NCBI GenBank assembly: GCA_044450965.1
Contig: JBIOJO010000011.1
Coordinates: forward strand, 13,091 to 77,090
Length of the DNA: 64,000 bases
From: Elusimicrobiota bacterium
Lineage (GTDB): Bacteria; Elusimicrobiota; Elusimicrobia; UBA1565; UBA9628
Direction of reading: 5' to 3'
The translations under genes and the position numbers were made by a program. The notes beneath the pieces are model-generated. The model made no database searches, had not been told where the DNA came from, and saw nothing but the letters and a program-made list of their open reading frames with translations. Every line of letters starts with the position of its first letter. Within the stretch, counting starts at the first letter, position 1. Positions 35,787 through 46,121 of this stretch are shown piece after piece.

Positions 35787-38239
35787 CGGCGCTGGGCCGC
35801 CGCGGCGGGGACGCGCCAGCGGATCAGCGCGACCTTGAGCGCGTCGTTGACGATCAGGCAGGCGGCCGCCGAATACGCGAAGATCATGAGCGTCAGCGGC
35901 CAAGGCAGCGGCAGGAGCCCCGGCAGCCCCACCCGGGTCAGAACGGTGCCGGTGAGCGCGTCCGCCGCGAGCGCCGCCAGAAGAGTCTTGCTCGGCATCG
36001 TCGACCAGAACCAGCGCCGCTCCCGGGCGGACACGATGGAAAAGGCCGCGAAGTAGAGCAACGTCAGGAAGCTGAAGGTGTGGAGGGCGTGCTCGTTGGA
36101 CGCCAGGCCGAAGCGCGTCCAGGCGAACCAGAGGAAGAAAAGCGACTCGGCGACCATGGCCGCGCCCAGCGCGGCCGACACCGCGATGAAGCCGCCGATA
36201 TTCCAGGTCTCCGGATTTTGGGACGGACGCACGCGGTCGGTGGCTAGCGCGATCTTGGCGAAGTCCGTCATGAAGGTCAGCAGCAGCATCGCGAAAGCGG
36301 AGACGACGAATTTCCCGGTCGCCGCGAAGGCTATGGCCACGAAGGCCGCCTTCAGGATCGTGCGGCTGATCTTGTTGATGATCCAGGTCAGGATGCGCTG
36401 GTAGATGGTGCGTCCCTGCTCGACCAAGGTCACGATGTTCGTCAGCCCCGGCTCCGTCAGAACCACGCTGGCGGCGCCTTTGGCGACGTCGGTCGCGGAA
36501 CTGACGGCGATGCCCACCTCGGCCTGGCGCAGAGCGGGGGCGTCGTTGACGCCGTCGCCCGTCATGCCGGTCACGTGCCCGGCGGCCTGAAGGCGCTGCA
36601 CGACCGTGTACTTGTCCTCGGGGTACACTTCCGCGAGGCCGTCGGTTCCCGCCAACAGGTCGAAGGCTTCGCCGCCGGCTTGAGAGCCGGCGGCCTTGAG
36701 GTCCGCGACGCGCCGGATTTTCGTCAGGCCGACCCCGCGCCCTATTTCGCCGGCCACCGCCAGCGCGTCGCCGGTGAGCATCTTGACGGAAACGCCCAGC
36801 CCGCGCAGTTCGGCGATGAGTTGCTTGGCGTCCGGCCGCGGCGGATCATACAGGGTCACTAGGCCGAGAATCGCGGGCGCGCCCGTCTCGGGGCCTTGCG
36901 CCACCGCTAAAGTTCGATAGCCCTTCAGGGCCGATTCTCTCACGCGCGCTTCCAGGGCTTCGATCGCCGCAGGTTGAAGCCCGCAGGCTTGCGCGATGGC
37001 GCTCACGGCGCCCTTCATCACGCGCAACCGCCGCCCGTTCTGCTCGATGACGGCTTCCGTTCTCCGGTTCGTCGCGTCGAACGGCGCGAAGGAGACGGGC
37101 GTGGAGGCGGGCGCGCCGTTGAAGACATTCCGTTCTTTCGCGGCGGCGAGAAACGCCAGATCGATGGGGTCCTGATTGGATTCTTGGGAGGCGAGCGCCC
37201 CGGCGGCCAAGACGTCGGCCTCCGTCGCCTTCTCCAGTGGGATGACGCCGGTCACGGCCAGCCGGTTCATGGTGATGGTGCCGGTCTTGTCCACGCACAG
37301 CACGTCCATGGTCGCGGCGTCCTCGGCGGCGCTCAGGCGCGTGACCAGCACGCCCCGCTTGGCCAGCTCCTTGGAGCCGAGGGCCATGCTGACGGTGAAC
37401 ATGACGGGAAGGGCGACGGGCACGGCGCTCATCAGGAGGACGAGCATGAGCGAGACCATCTCCAGCATCGGAACCCCGCGCAGCAGGGACAGGACGACCA
37501 CCACGCTGAGAAGCGCGCCGACGATGACGAAAAGCCAGCGGACCACCTTGGCGACCACAGCCTCGATGTGCAGCTTCGGGCGCGCCTGCTGCACCAGCTC
37601 CGTGGTGCGGCCGAAGTAGGTTTTCGCGCCCGTAAGCAGGACCACGGCGTTGCCCTCGCCGCGGCGAACGATGGAGCCCGAGGAGAGCACTCCCCCGGCG
37701 ATCTTGTCGGCTTCCTTGGACTCGCCGGTGAGGGCCGACTGGTCGAGGCTCAGCTCTCCCGCCAGGAGCTTCAGGTCCGCCGGGACGATGTCTCCGGGCC
37801 GGACGCGGACGATGTCGCCGGGAACCAGCTCCCGGGCGGGAAGGACCCGCCAAGCCGAGTCGCGCAGGACGCGCGCGCTGACCTGCAGGCGCCGCCGCAG
37901 CGCCTCGACCACGCCCGCGGCCCGCCTTTCCTGCATGAAGCTCAGCACGGCGTTGACCACCAACAGGGCGCTGACCACCGCCAGGTCGGAGTATTTCCGG
38001 AGGACGGCGGACAGGATCATGATGAGCTCGAGCATCCACGCCGAGACGCCCCAGAATTTCGCGAGGAATCGAAGCAGAGGGTGCTCCTTCTCCTCCGCCA
38101 CCTCGTTGTAGCCGTGCGCCTTCCGCCGGAAGTCCGCTTCGGCGCTCGTGAGGCCGACCTGGGGGTTTACCTTGAGAGCGGCGAGGGTTTCGGGAACCGA
38201 GGCGGTCGCGACGTCGGGGGGCGCGGTGTTTTTAGACAC
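35783..38239 (-). CDS. P-type ATPase, type IIIA-like (plasma-membrane H+ or Mg2+-transporting family)
   Basis: DKTGTIT phosphorylation motif and TGDGVNDAPAL hinge; 818 aa; 10 TM-like segments. Confidence 0.9.
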   Translation of the reverse strand: MSKNTAPPDVATASVPETLAALKVNPQVGLTSAEADFRRKAHGYNEVAEEKEHPLLRFLAKFWGVSAWMLELIMILSAVLRKYSDLAVVSALLVVNAVLSFMQERRAAGVVEALRRRLQVSARVLRDSAWRVLPARELVPGDIVRVRPGDIVPADLKLLAGELSLDQSALTGESKEADKIAGGVLSSGSIVRRGEGNAVVLLTGAKTYFGRTTELVQQARPKLHIEAVVAKVVRWLFVIVGALLSVVVVLSLLRGVPMLEMVSLMLVLLMSAVPVALPVMFTVSMALGSKELAKRGVLVTRLSAAEDAATMDVLCVDKTGTITMNRLAVTGVIPLEKATEADVLAAGALASQESNQDPIDLAFLAAAKERNVFNGAPASTPVSFAPFDATNRRTEAVIEQNGRRLRVMKGAVSAIAQACGLQPAAIEALEARVRESALKGYRTLAVAQGPETGAPAILGLVTLYDPPRPDAKQLIAELRGLGVSVKMLTGDALAVAGEIGRGVGLTKIRRVADLKAAGSQAGGEAFDLLAGTDGLAEVYPEDKYTVVQRLQAAGHVTGMTGDGVNDAPALRQAEVGIAVSSATDVAKGAASVVLTEPGLTNIVTLVEQGRTIYQRILTWIINKISRTILKAAFVAIAFAATGKFVVSAFAMLLLTFMTDFAKIALATDRVRPSQNPETWNIGGFIAVSAALGAAMVAESLFFLWFAWTRFGLASNEHALHTFSFLTLLYFAAFSIVSARERRWFWSTMPSKTLLAALAADALTGTVLTRVGLPGLLPLPWPLTLMIFAYSAAACLIVNDALKVALIRWRVPAAAAQRR

Positions 38240-38325
38240 GAGACATCGTAGGACATTCGGGAGCCGCGGCGCGGAATAGGGGCGGCGGCATTGACGCGAG
38301 GCGGTTGTCCGGCTAGACTCATCTC

Positions 38326-39699
38326 GTGATATCGGTTCTGGTCATCGTGTTGCTGCGTCTGGGTTCTCCCGCGGTTCGCGCCGAAGACGGCCATCCGCCG
38401 GCCGGCTCCGTCTACGCCGAAGCCGCGGAGGATTACAAGGCCGGCGTCGCCCTGGCCGCGCGGAAGAGCTATCCCGAAGCCGTCGCGAAACTCTCGGAAG
38501 CCGTTCGACTGAATCCGAAGTTCGGCAACGCCTATTTTTGGATCGGCGCTTGCGAGTTCGCTCAGGGCCACGACGCCTCGGCCGGCTCCAATTGGAAGCT
38601 GGCGCTGGCCAATACGCGGGACACAAGCCAATTGGCGCTGATCCACTACAATCTGGGCGTCCTGTATTTGAAGAGCGGGGATAAGCCGCTGTCGGACGCG
38701 GAGTACGGCGCCGCGGTGTCGTTGAATCCGCTTCTGGCGAACCGGCCCATCGTGGCGCGTCCGAATCCCGCGCCCGCGCCCGCACCCGCGCCTCTTCCCG
38801 TCGTCCCCGCGCTCCTGATCGGAGCGGTATTCCTCGCGGGTCTCCTCGCGCTGGTCATCGCGTTGAGCCGTCGGCGTCGCGACGCGGCGCCCGCGGCCGT
38901 GGAATCCGCCGCGGCGCCCGGAATAGACGAACTGCGCCGCGCCGTCGCCTCCTGGAGCCCGGAAGAGGAGCTGCGGTCGGCCCCGTCGCCCCGTCCGGTG
39001 AAGCTGCGGTCGCCGGTCGCGTATTGGGGGTTGTTTGCGATCCCCCTGGTCTATGTCCTGGTCGTGACTTTGATCGCCGCGCCGTCGACCGTCAAGCGCG
39101 GGCTCATCTCGTGGCGGGGCGTGGCCGGGACAGGCACGGTCCTGCGGAAATTCCAGGTCCGGCGCGCCGCCAAGCACGGCAGCTACCTGGAGAATCGTCT
39201 CGAGTTCTCTTATGCGCCGGCGGGAGGCGGGCCCCAGACCGCGGAAGCGCCGACGGGGGACGATTCGTCCGTCGCCGTCGGCCAGACGGTCCCGATACGC
39301 TTCCTCCCGGATTATCCGGGCTGGGCGGCCCTGGACGACGATTTCGGATTCAGCGCGCAGAAAATGAAAATATTTTGGGTCCTCGCGGCGACGGGGGTGG
39401 GGACTTCCGTCCTCATTCTCCTCGTCGCCTGGCCCAGGATCCGGCGGGAACGGCGCCTGATTCAGTCGGGACGGATTTGCGCGGCCAGGATCGCGGCGGT
39501 GCAGATCGGCGCGAAGGGGATGGCCGCCGTTTCGTTCCACTACGAGGTCGACGGGCAGGTCCGGCCGGGCACCTTCCTCTCGACGCGCTCTCAAAACCTC
39601 CAGCCCGGCGAAGTTCTCACCGCGATGATCGATCCCGCCGATCCCCTTTCCGCGACGATCTACAAGGCTTCCGCCTGGCGCGTCGCGGCGCCGTACTGA
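38326..39699 (+). CDS. Membrane protein with N-terminal periplasmic TPR-like domain, function unknown
   Basis: Signal-like N-terminus; TPR-like region; Pro/Ala linker; two TM helices. 457 aa. Confidence 0.55.
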   Translation: MISVLVIVLLRLGSPAVRAEDGHPPAGSVYAEAAEDYKAGVALAARKSYPEAVAKLSEAVRLNPKFGNAYFWIGACEFAQGHDASAGSNWKLALANTRDTSQLALIHYNLGVLYLKSGDKPLSDAEYGAAVSLNPLLANRPIVARPNPAPAPAPAPLPVVPALLIGAVFLAGLLALVIALSRRRRDAAPAAVESAAAPGIDELRRAVASWSPEEELRSAPSPRPVKLRSPVAYWGLFAIPLVYVLVVTLIAAPSTVKRGLISWRGVAGTGTVLRKFQVRRAAKHGSYLENRLEFSYAPAGGGPQTAEAPTGDDSSVAVGQTVPIRFLPDYPGWAALDDDFGFSAQKMKIFWVLAATGVGTSVLILLVAWPRIRRERRLIQSGRICAARIAAVQIGAKGMAAVSFHYEVDGQVRPGTFLSTRSQNLQPGEVLTAMIDPADPLSATIYKASAWRVAAPY

Positions 39700-39770
39700 C
39701 CGCGCCGAACCCCGGCACCGGAGCGCCCGGTGCTCTTGCGCCCGGGAAGGACCGGGGCTACACTCCACGA

Positions 39771-41579
39771 ATGGCAGGTTCTTGGGCGCTCTGGAGCGCT
39801 TTAGACCGCGACGAGCGCGCGCAAACGCACGCCGCCGCCGCGTTCGCGCTGGCCTGCGCGTGCCTGTGGTTCCTTCAGCCGATCACCGGCGCGCTCGTGC
39901 CGGCCGACCTGGGTCCCCGGGCGCTCGGCGGCCGCGCGGGCGGCGAGTTGGCGGCCTGGGCCTTCCTGATCCTCGCGGGGCCGGTCCTTCTGCACGAGGC
40001 CTTCCTGCGGCTGGGAAGCCGCGCGCGGCGGGCGGCTTCCTTCACCGCTCTTTACGGGACGTACGTCGCGTTCTGCGCGGCGGACGCCCTGGCGCGGTCG
40101 GCGGCGCCCGGGCGCGCGGGGGCGTGGGCCTTCGTCCTCACGGCGGCGGGCGCCTGGCTGCTTTACGGCCAGCTGCTCGGCCTTCACGGCCTGGCGCCGA
40201 AGCGCGCCGTCGCGGGCCTGGCGGCGGCGCTGGCTTTATGGGTCCTTGCGCCGGCCGGGCTGGCGCGCGCGTTCCCCCGCGCGGTCGTCTCGGGGCTCTT
40301 CGACGACGTGAGCCGCGGCATCCAGGCGGTGTCCTGGCCGGCGGAGCTGCAGCCCGGGGGCGAAGGCCAAACGGACGCGGCCCCGGAGTACATGAAGGCC
40401 GACGGCCTCCTCGCCGGCATGGATCCCGGCTCCCCGGCCATCATTAAAATATCCCAGCAGCTCCGGAAGCCGGCTTTCGACGCGGACGCGGCAAGGGAGT
40501 TCGACGAGCTCCTCAAGAAGAACGCGGCCGCCTTGGCCGCTTTCCGCCGCGCGGCGCGCCTGCCGTTCTGCGATTTCAACGGCGGCGCGAAGACGATCGG
40601 CTTCAACAACGCGTTCCCGAACCGCTTCAAGCCGTTCCGCTTGAGCACCCTCGCCCTTTTGGACGCGCGGCGCGAGCAGGCGCGCGGCCGCCCGGGCTCC
40701 GCCGTGGACGATTACGTCGCCGCGCTCTCGATGGCCCGGCATTTCGCCCGGCAGACGAACGCCCGCTGGATGCACGCGTTCTGCTACCGCACGATCGTCC
40801 AGAACGCCTGGCCCGGGCTCTCCCTCCTGCTCGCCGAGGGAAAGCCGGCGCGCGCGGAGCGCGAGCGCCTGCTCGCCGCGCTGCGCGCCCTGGAGGACTC
40901 CAAGCCCAGCCTGGCGGCCGCCGTCGCGGACGAGGAGCGGCGCCTCGAGCTCCAGGCCGAGACCGTGGGCCCGATCGAGGCGAGCGTCTTCAGCGCGCCG
41001 TTTCGCCGGTCGTTCCAGGACGCCCGCCTGGTGGTTTTCGCGCGCGAGCGCGAGGCGGTCGTCGAGGCGGCCGAACGGAACCGGCCCGAGCTGGCCTCGC
41101 GCGAGCGCGACGTCGCCGCGCGCGATTACGGCGGAACCGTCTCCGGGGGCTCGCTGTTCGAATCCTACGCCGTCTGCCTGGCCGATCCGAAGGTCGCCGG
41201 GCGGTGCTGGGGCGAGGTCAACCTGCTCTACTCCACGGACTACGGCGGCCCCATCGTCTACCAATTCATCGCCGACGCCGCGGTGGGCGTGCTGGCGGCC
41301 GCGGCCGCCGCGCGCGTCTACGAGAGCCGTCACGGCACCGCGCCCCGGACTCTCGCCGATCTGGTGCCCGGCGAGCTGTCCGCCGTGCCCGCCGACCCGT
41401 TCGACGGTTTCCGGCCCCTGCGCTACGCGGTTCGGCGCGGAGAATGGACGGCGTACAGCGTGGGCCCGGACCGCGTCGACGACGGCGGCCGGACGGCGTT
41501 CGACATGAGCGAGGAGTTCGGAGGCCGTTCCCGGAAGCAGCCGCCGAAGGGCGATCTGGTCGTGCGCGTGCGATTCTGA
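39771..41579 (+). CDS. Polytopic membrane protein with large C-terminal soluble domain, function unknown
   Basis: Start trimmed to the ATG at 39771, removing the 249-aa N-extension that overlaps the upstream gene. Several N-terminal TM helices. Confidence 0.55.
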   Translation: MAGSWALWSALDRDERAQTHAAAAFALACACLWFLQPITGALVPADLGPRALGGRAGGELAAWAFLILAGPVLLHEAFLRLGSRARRAASFTALYGTYVAFCAADALARSAAPGRAGAWAFVLTAAGAWLLYGQLLGLHGLAPKRAVAGLAAALALWVLAPAGLARAFPRAVVSGLFDDVSRGIQAVSWPAELQPGGEGQTDAAPEYMKADGLLAGMDPGSPAIIKISQQLRKPAFDADAAREFDELLKKNAAALAAFRRAARLPFCDFNGGAKTIGFNNAFPNRFKPFRLSTLALLDARREQARGRPGSAVDDYVAALSMARHFARQTNARWMHAFCYRTIVQNAWPGLSLLLAEGKPARAERERLLAALRALEDSKPSLAAAVADEERRLELQAETVGPIEASVFSAPFRRSFQDARLVVFAREREAVVEAAERNRPELASRERDVAARDYGGTVSGGSLFESYAVCLADPKVAGRCWGEVNLLYSTDYGGPIVYQFIADAAVGVLAAAAAARVYESRHGTAPRTLADLVPGELSAVPADPFDGFRPLRYAVRRGEWTAYSVGPDRVDDGGRTAFDMSEEFGGRSRKQPPKGDLVVRVRF

Positions 41580-41681
41580 CGCGTCGCGAGGCTTTTCGCG
41601 GCGCGGGCGTAGGCTTGAGGGCGGAGGGACCGCGCCCCTTGCCCGCCATAATTGCTGTTCGAGAAAAAACGCGGAGCGGGG

Positions 41682-43349
41682 CTAGCGACGGCGCAGCAAT
41701 GCTTCGATGCCCGGCGTGGGAGCCAGATCGAACGCGGACTGCCCTTTGGCGTTGACCGCGTTCAGGTCGGCTCCGTGATCGATGAGGAGCTTGATCATGC
41801 CGGCATGTCCATCAACCGCAGCATACATGAGCGGCGTCGTGCCCACGAGGTAGAACGTTTTACCGCTCGTAACCGTCCAGTGATCATCTACGTACGTATT
41901 CGGGACGGGTTCGTTGACGTTGACCCCGGCCTTGATGAGCGCCGTCGCCGTCTCGAAGTTGTCGGCCCAGATCGCCGCGCGCAAGTCTTCAACGCCAAAA
42001 TGAAGGCCGTGCTGCGGCCCATTCTCAAGTATTCGTTTAGCAAGGGCCTGGTTTCCGGACCGGAGCGCGTGTTGCAGGGCCTGCCGGTCGCCCCAGAGGA
42101 GCTGCTCGATGGTTTGGTGTTCAGGGCCGGTCAACGCAACGCCCTTCAGCGGGCGAGGTGTCAGCGTGGGAGAGGGAGGATGGCTCAGCAGCTCCAAGAT
42201 TTCGCCGCGCGCCTTGTCGTGACTCTTGTCATCGCCCCAAGAGTACGAGCCGCCGGCGATGATGAGGTTGCTCAGACGTCTGTTACGAGCCCAATCCGCG
42301 GCAGTGTGATCGTCGTAATCCTTCAGGGAGGCATCGGCGCCCGCCTCGAGGAGGAGCTGGGCGGTCGCGACATCTCCGCGCGCCGCAGTTATCATGAGCG
42401 GCGTCAGCGCCCCGTGATAGGCGTAGTGCGAGTCTTCCCGTTTGTCGGAGAGCTTGCGCGTGCCCGGGCCGCGCGTATTGACGTCGGCGCCGTTCTCGAT
42501 GAGCAGCTTGACGATCTCCGTCCGGCCGAGGTCGATGGCCTTCAGCAGCGCGTTATTCATCGTTGATTTGTCGGCCGCGACGCCGTACTTGAGCATCGCG
42601 CTCACGCACGCCACAATGTCCCGACCTATCGCGTCGTCCAGAAGCCTGACGCGGTCTTGATCAAGAAGGATGGACGTCACGTCCTCCGTTTCCGTGATCT
42701 TCTGCGCCAGTTCTCGCGTGGATGCGCGTCCGGAGTTCAGTTCCAATTTGATTGAAGCGACGGTCTGGGCCAGTTCGCCGTGAGCGAGGTTGTCGGAGGC
42801 TGGAGCTCTGTTGATTCTCTGCTCGAGAGCGTTCAGGCGCTGCATCAGGGCCTTGATATCCTCCGTGGCCCCGGCCAACCCGACCTCCACCTTCTCGACT
42901 CGCCGGGTCAGGCTGTCGGCCAGAGCCTGCTTGAAGGCGGCGTCGGATTGGACGAACTTGAGGACGCGCTCTTTCTCGATGCGGACCATGGCGTAGCTCA
43001 TGCCGTTGCAGTTCTTGTACTCGAAATCGTCCTGTTCCCAGCCGGCGAGCAGGGAGCTCTGGGGCAAGACGTTCCCGATGCCTTCAGCGACCCGAGCTCT
43101 GTCGCGGCCCGGGCCGGCGATGCGCTTGATCTGCTCCAGATTCCAGAGCTGCGCATCTCCGGTCACTTGTTGGCTCAGGCTTCGCAGGGCTGCTTCGCGA
43201 GCCTCCTGGGCGTCGGCGGCCTTTCCGGCGCCGTAATACCAATCTCGGTCGCGAGGCAGGGAAGTGTAAAAGACGGGAGGAGTGCAGTCCTTCGAATACG
43301 CGGAGGGAGCGGCCGCCGACAGAAGGCTCACGGCGAGAATCAGACGCAT
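41682..43349 (-). CDS. Secreted ankyrin-repeat protein with N-terminal coiled-coil region
   Basis: Start trimmed to MRLILAVSLLSAAAPSAYS (signal peptide). Multiple ANK repeats (TPLMxAAxxGxxxxVxLLLxxGAD). Confidence 0.8.
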   Translation of the reverse strand: MRLILAVSLLSAAAPSAYSKDCTPPVFYTSLPRDRDWYYGAGKAADAQEAREAALRSLSQQVTGDAQLWNLEQIKRIAGPGRDRARVAEGIGNVLPQSSLLAGWEQDDFEYKNCNGMSYAMVRIEKERVLKFVQSDAAFKQALADSLTRRVEKVEVGLAGATEDIKALMQRLNALEQRINRAPASDNLAHGELAQTVASIKLELNSGRASTRELAQKITETEDVTSILLDQDRVRLLDDAIGRDIVACVSAMLKYGVAADKSTMNNALLKAIDLGRTEIVKLLIENGADVNTRGPGTRKLSDKREDSHYAYHGALTPLMITAARGDVATAQLLLEAGADASLKDYDDHTAADWARNRRLSNLIIAGGSYSWGDDKSHDKARGEILELLSHPPSPTLTPRPLKGVALTGPEHQTIEQLLWGDRQALQHALRSGNQALAKRILENGPQHGLHFGVEDLRAAIWADNFETATALIKAGVNVNEPVPNTYVDDHWTVTSGKTFYLVGTTPLMYAAVDGHAGMIKLLIDHGADLNAVNAKGQSAFDLAPTPGIEALLRRR

Positions 43350-43414
43350 CCGAATGATTGTACTAAATGAAAAATCAGAGGGGCCCTGCCGCCGGTGCGC
43401 GCCGTCCTGTGTGG

Positions 43415-43807
43415 TCAGCCGTGACTTTTCAAGACGGGATAAAGCTCCAAATCCCGTCGGCAGTTGGTGCAGACCTCGGCGATCGGCCATTGCGCCGGCC
43501 GCGGCTTCAAGACATTGGGTTTCTTGCAGCCGGGGCAAGGGACCGAACCGGACACGATGAGTCCTCGGACCGCGGCCGTCTTCGCCGAGAAATAAATCCC
43601 CAGGCACAAGAAAAGCGGCACCAAGACGAAATGGATCAGCGGCAATAAGACGCAGAAGAGGGCGATGCCCCAGAAAATCCCCAGCTTCGGCAGCATGTTC
43701 CGGAGCCGTTCCGAAGTCCGGAGCAGGCGAATCTGGGCGGCGCCGGAAGCCGGGAGCAACCCAAAGACTTTGGCTTCGACTCCGACTTCCGCGATCTCAG
43801 AGCGCAT
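43415..43807 (-). CDS. Small membrane protein with C-terminal Cys4 zinc-ribbon
   Basis: Two hydrophobic helices followed by CPGC...CTNC. Start uncertain. Confidence 0.4.
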   Translation of the reverse strand: MRSEIAEVGVEAKVFGLLPASGAAQIRLLRTSERLRNMLPKLGIFWGIALFCVLLPLIHFVLVPLFLCLGIYFSAKTAAVRGLIVSGSVPCPGCKKPNVLKPRPAQWPIAEVCTNCRRDLELYPVLKSHG

Positions 43808-43965
43808 ACTGGTTTCCCCTTGGCATTCGGCGCGATCGTGCGAGGCCGCGCGGCTTCTTTCGCGTGACAACGCAACGAAAGGGCCTCGCCTTTTATGCGG
43901 GAGAGTGGACGAAACGTTGCAGTAAGTTTGGTATGAAATCGCGTTCCAGCTCATTCGTTGGGTCT

Positions 43966-43990
43966 AATTCGGAACTTAAAGTCCGAATAT
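43966..43990 (+). promoter_or_regulatory. Imperfect inverted repeat ATTCGG-N10-CCGAAT directly upstream of the Rrf2 regulator start; candidate operator
   Basis: Palindromic halves visible 6-30 nt upstream of the ATG at 43996. Confidence 0.3.
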
Positions 43991-43995
43991 TGAGC

Positions 43996-44904
43996 ATGGC
44001 CGCTCCAGTTCGTCACGCGCTGCAGGCCTTGGCGGAAATGGGCGCCCGGCCGGACAGCGTTCGCCGCGTCGGGGAGCTCGCCCGCCGCCTGGGACTTCCC
44101 GAAGCGGGCCTTTCCAAGATCTTCCAGCGTCTGGCGCGCCGAGGTCTTCTCGACTCGCGGCGCGGTCCCAACGGCGGCTACCGGCTGACACGCGCCCCGC
44201 GCGCGGTGAGCCTCGCCGCCGTCGTCGATGCGGTCGATGAGTCGAGCCGCAGCCGGGGCCGCTGCCTTCTCCGGGATCGTGCCTGCGACGAAGGCAATCC
44301 CTGCGTCATGCATCACGCCGCCGCCTCCGCGGAGGCGCGCCTGCGGCGCACGCTCGAGTCTCTGACCCTCGCCGACCTCGCCTCGGGACTGCGCCTGCTC
44401 GCTCTGACCGCGCTCTTGCCTCTCGTCGCCGCCGCGGCGCCGGCGCCCAAGGGTCCGCCGGAATTCCCCGAGGATCTCGGGCCCGCGATGATCGATGTCT
44501 CGGGCTATCCACCGGAGCAGCAGCGCGTCTATCGAGAGTTGTTCCTGCCCATTTACAAAGAGCAGCGCGGAGGCGCGGCGCGGGCGATCAATTCGCCCCT
44601 CGTCGAGATCGACGCCGCGGGCGAGAGAGTCGAGCGTCGCGCGCATCCCGACATCGCGGCCGATCCGATGCTCGTCGTCTACACACGCGGCGGCTGGCGC
44701 GCCGAGGTCTTGAGGATGAAAAATCGGCCGCCGTGCTGCGGCGCCTGTCCGATCCTCACGCGTTCGGATGCCGAGGCGCTGCGGCGCTTCTTCGCATATG
44801 ATTCCATACGACGGAAGACCGGCACCGCCGCCGAGACGTGGGCCGCCCGGCGGCGAGAGCTGATCCGCCGTTTCGCCGAGATCCAAAAGGAGAAGAAGCC
44901 ATGA
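43996..44904 (+). CDS. Rrf2-family (NsrR/IscR-like) Fe-S transcriptional regulator with unusual ~160-aa C-terminal extension
   Basis: Winged-helix N-domain; ligand spacing C-x6-C-x5-C-x2-HH. Then a hydrophobic segment LRLLALTALLPLVAAAAP and a domain with a CCGAC motif. Stop overlaps the nirK start (ATGA at 44901-44904). Confidence 0.7.
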   Translation: MAAPVRHALQALAEMGARPDSVRRVGELARRLGLPEAGLSKIFQRLARRGLLDSRRGPNGGYRLTRAPRAVSLAAVVDAVDESSRSRGRCLLRDRACDEGNPCVMHHAAASAEARLRRTLESLTLADLASGLRLLALTALLPLVAAAAPAPKGPPEFPEDLGPAMIDVSGYPPEQQRVYRELFLPIYKEQRGGAARAINSPLVEIDAAGERVERRAHPDIAADPMLVVYTRGGWRAEVLRMKNRPPCCGACPILTRSDAEALRRFFAYDSIRRKTGTAAETWAARRRELIRRFAEIQKEKKP

Positions 44905-45890
44905 ACATGCGCATCGCCGCCGCCATCCTGCTGCTCTCGGCGCCGTTCGCCGCGGCGGAAACCGCGGAGAAGGCCGTTTTGACCACGGCGCCGAACGTGC
45001 CGCCGCCGATCACTCGCCGGACGCCGGCCGTCGTCGCGGTCGAGCTGGAAGCCAAGGAAGTCGTGGGCAACCTGATGGAGAGCATCGGCGAGCCGACTCA
45101 GTACTCCTTCTGGACCTTCAACGGGACCGTTCCCGGCCCGTTCATCCGCGTGCGCGAGGGCGATACCCTGGAGTTGACGCTGAAGAATTCCATGAAGAGC
45201 TCCATGAAGCACAGCATCGACCTGCACGCGGTCACGGGTCCCGGCGGCGGCGCGGCGATCACGCTGACCGATCCCGGGGCGACCACGAAGTCGCGCTTCA
45301 AGATGCTCGCCGCCGGCCTGTACGTCTACCATTGCGCCGCGCCGCCCGTCTCGGACCACATCGCCAACGGCATGTACGGGATGATCCTCGTCGAGCCGAA
45401 GGACGGCCTGCCGAAGGTCGACCGCGAGTTCTACGTTCTGCAGAGCGAGTTCTACACGAAGCAGGAGCTCGGCTACGAGGGGCTCGCGACGTACGATCCG
45501 ATCGCGGCCTCGTCGGAGACGCCGACGTACATCGTCTTCAACGGCAAGCACGGGTCGCTGATGGAGGACGGCGCGCTGCAGGCGAAAGTGGGGGACAAGG
45601 TCCGGATATTCTTCGGCAACGCCGGGCCCAACAAGATGTCCTCGTTCCACGTGATCGGGACGATCTTCGACAGCGTCTATCCCAATGGAAGCCTCGGTTC
45701 GCTTCCGGAGCACGGCGTCCAGACGATCGGCGTGCCGCCCGGCGACGCGGCCATCGTCGAACTGCGGTTGAAGGTTCCGGGCAACTACACGCTCGTCGAT
45801 CATGCGATCTTCCGGCTGGAGAAGGGCGCGGTCGGCGTCCTTCACGCCGAAGGCCCCGAAGCGCCCGAGATCTACGGCACGGTGAAGTGA
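44901..45890 (+). CDS. nirK: Copper-containing nitrite reductase
   Basis: Signal peptide; HSIDLHAVTG and YVYHCA cupredoxin copper-ligand motifs; ~330 aa. Confidence 0.9.
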   Translation: MNMRIAAAILLLSAPFAAAETAEKAVLTTAPNVPPPITRRTPAVVAVELEAKEVVGNLMESIGEPTQYSFWTFNGTVPGPFIRVREGDTLELTLKNSMKSSMKHSIDLHAVTGPGGGAAITLTDPGATTKSRFKMLAAGLYVYHCAAPPVSDHIANGMYGMILVEPKDGLPKVDREFYVLQSEFYTKQELGYEGLATYDPIAASSETPTYIVFNGKHGSLMEDGALQAKVGDKVRIFFGNAGPNKMSSFHVIGTIFDSVYPNGSLGSLPEHGVQTIGVPPGDAAIVELRLKVPGNYTLVDHAIFRLEKGAVGVLHAEGPEAPEIYGTVK

Positions 45891-45911
45891 GCCGTCGCGA
45901 GGGAGACCGCC

Positions 45912-46121
45912 ATGGTAAACGATGAAGGTCCGACGTTGGAATTGAGCGTCACCGAGACGATCGAGCGCTGGCCCGCCACGCGCGCCGTGCTGGTCGCCCG
46001 CGGACTCGACCTGTGCTGCGGCGGAGTCCATCCCGTCGGGATGGCGGCGGGAGCGCACGGCGTGGATCCCGAGGCCTTGCTTATCGAACTTCGCGCGGCC
46101 GCGGCCGGCGGGACGCGATGA
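45912..46121 (+). CDS. DUF1858-like small redox protein
   Basis: 69 aa with a CC motif in a helix-hairpin. ATGA-coupled to the downstream membrane protein gene. Confidence 0.55.
   Translation: MVNDEGPTLELSVTETIERWPATRAVLVARGLDLCCGGVHPVGMAAGAHGVDPEALLIELRAAAAGGTR

Noticed and set aside
39024-39770. 249-aa N-terminal extension of the membrane-protein ORF
   Set aside because: Overlaps the upstream gene's 3' half in another frame. The first ATG with a sensible N-terminus is at 39771.
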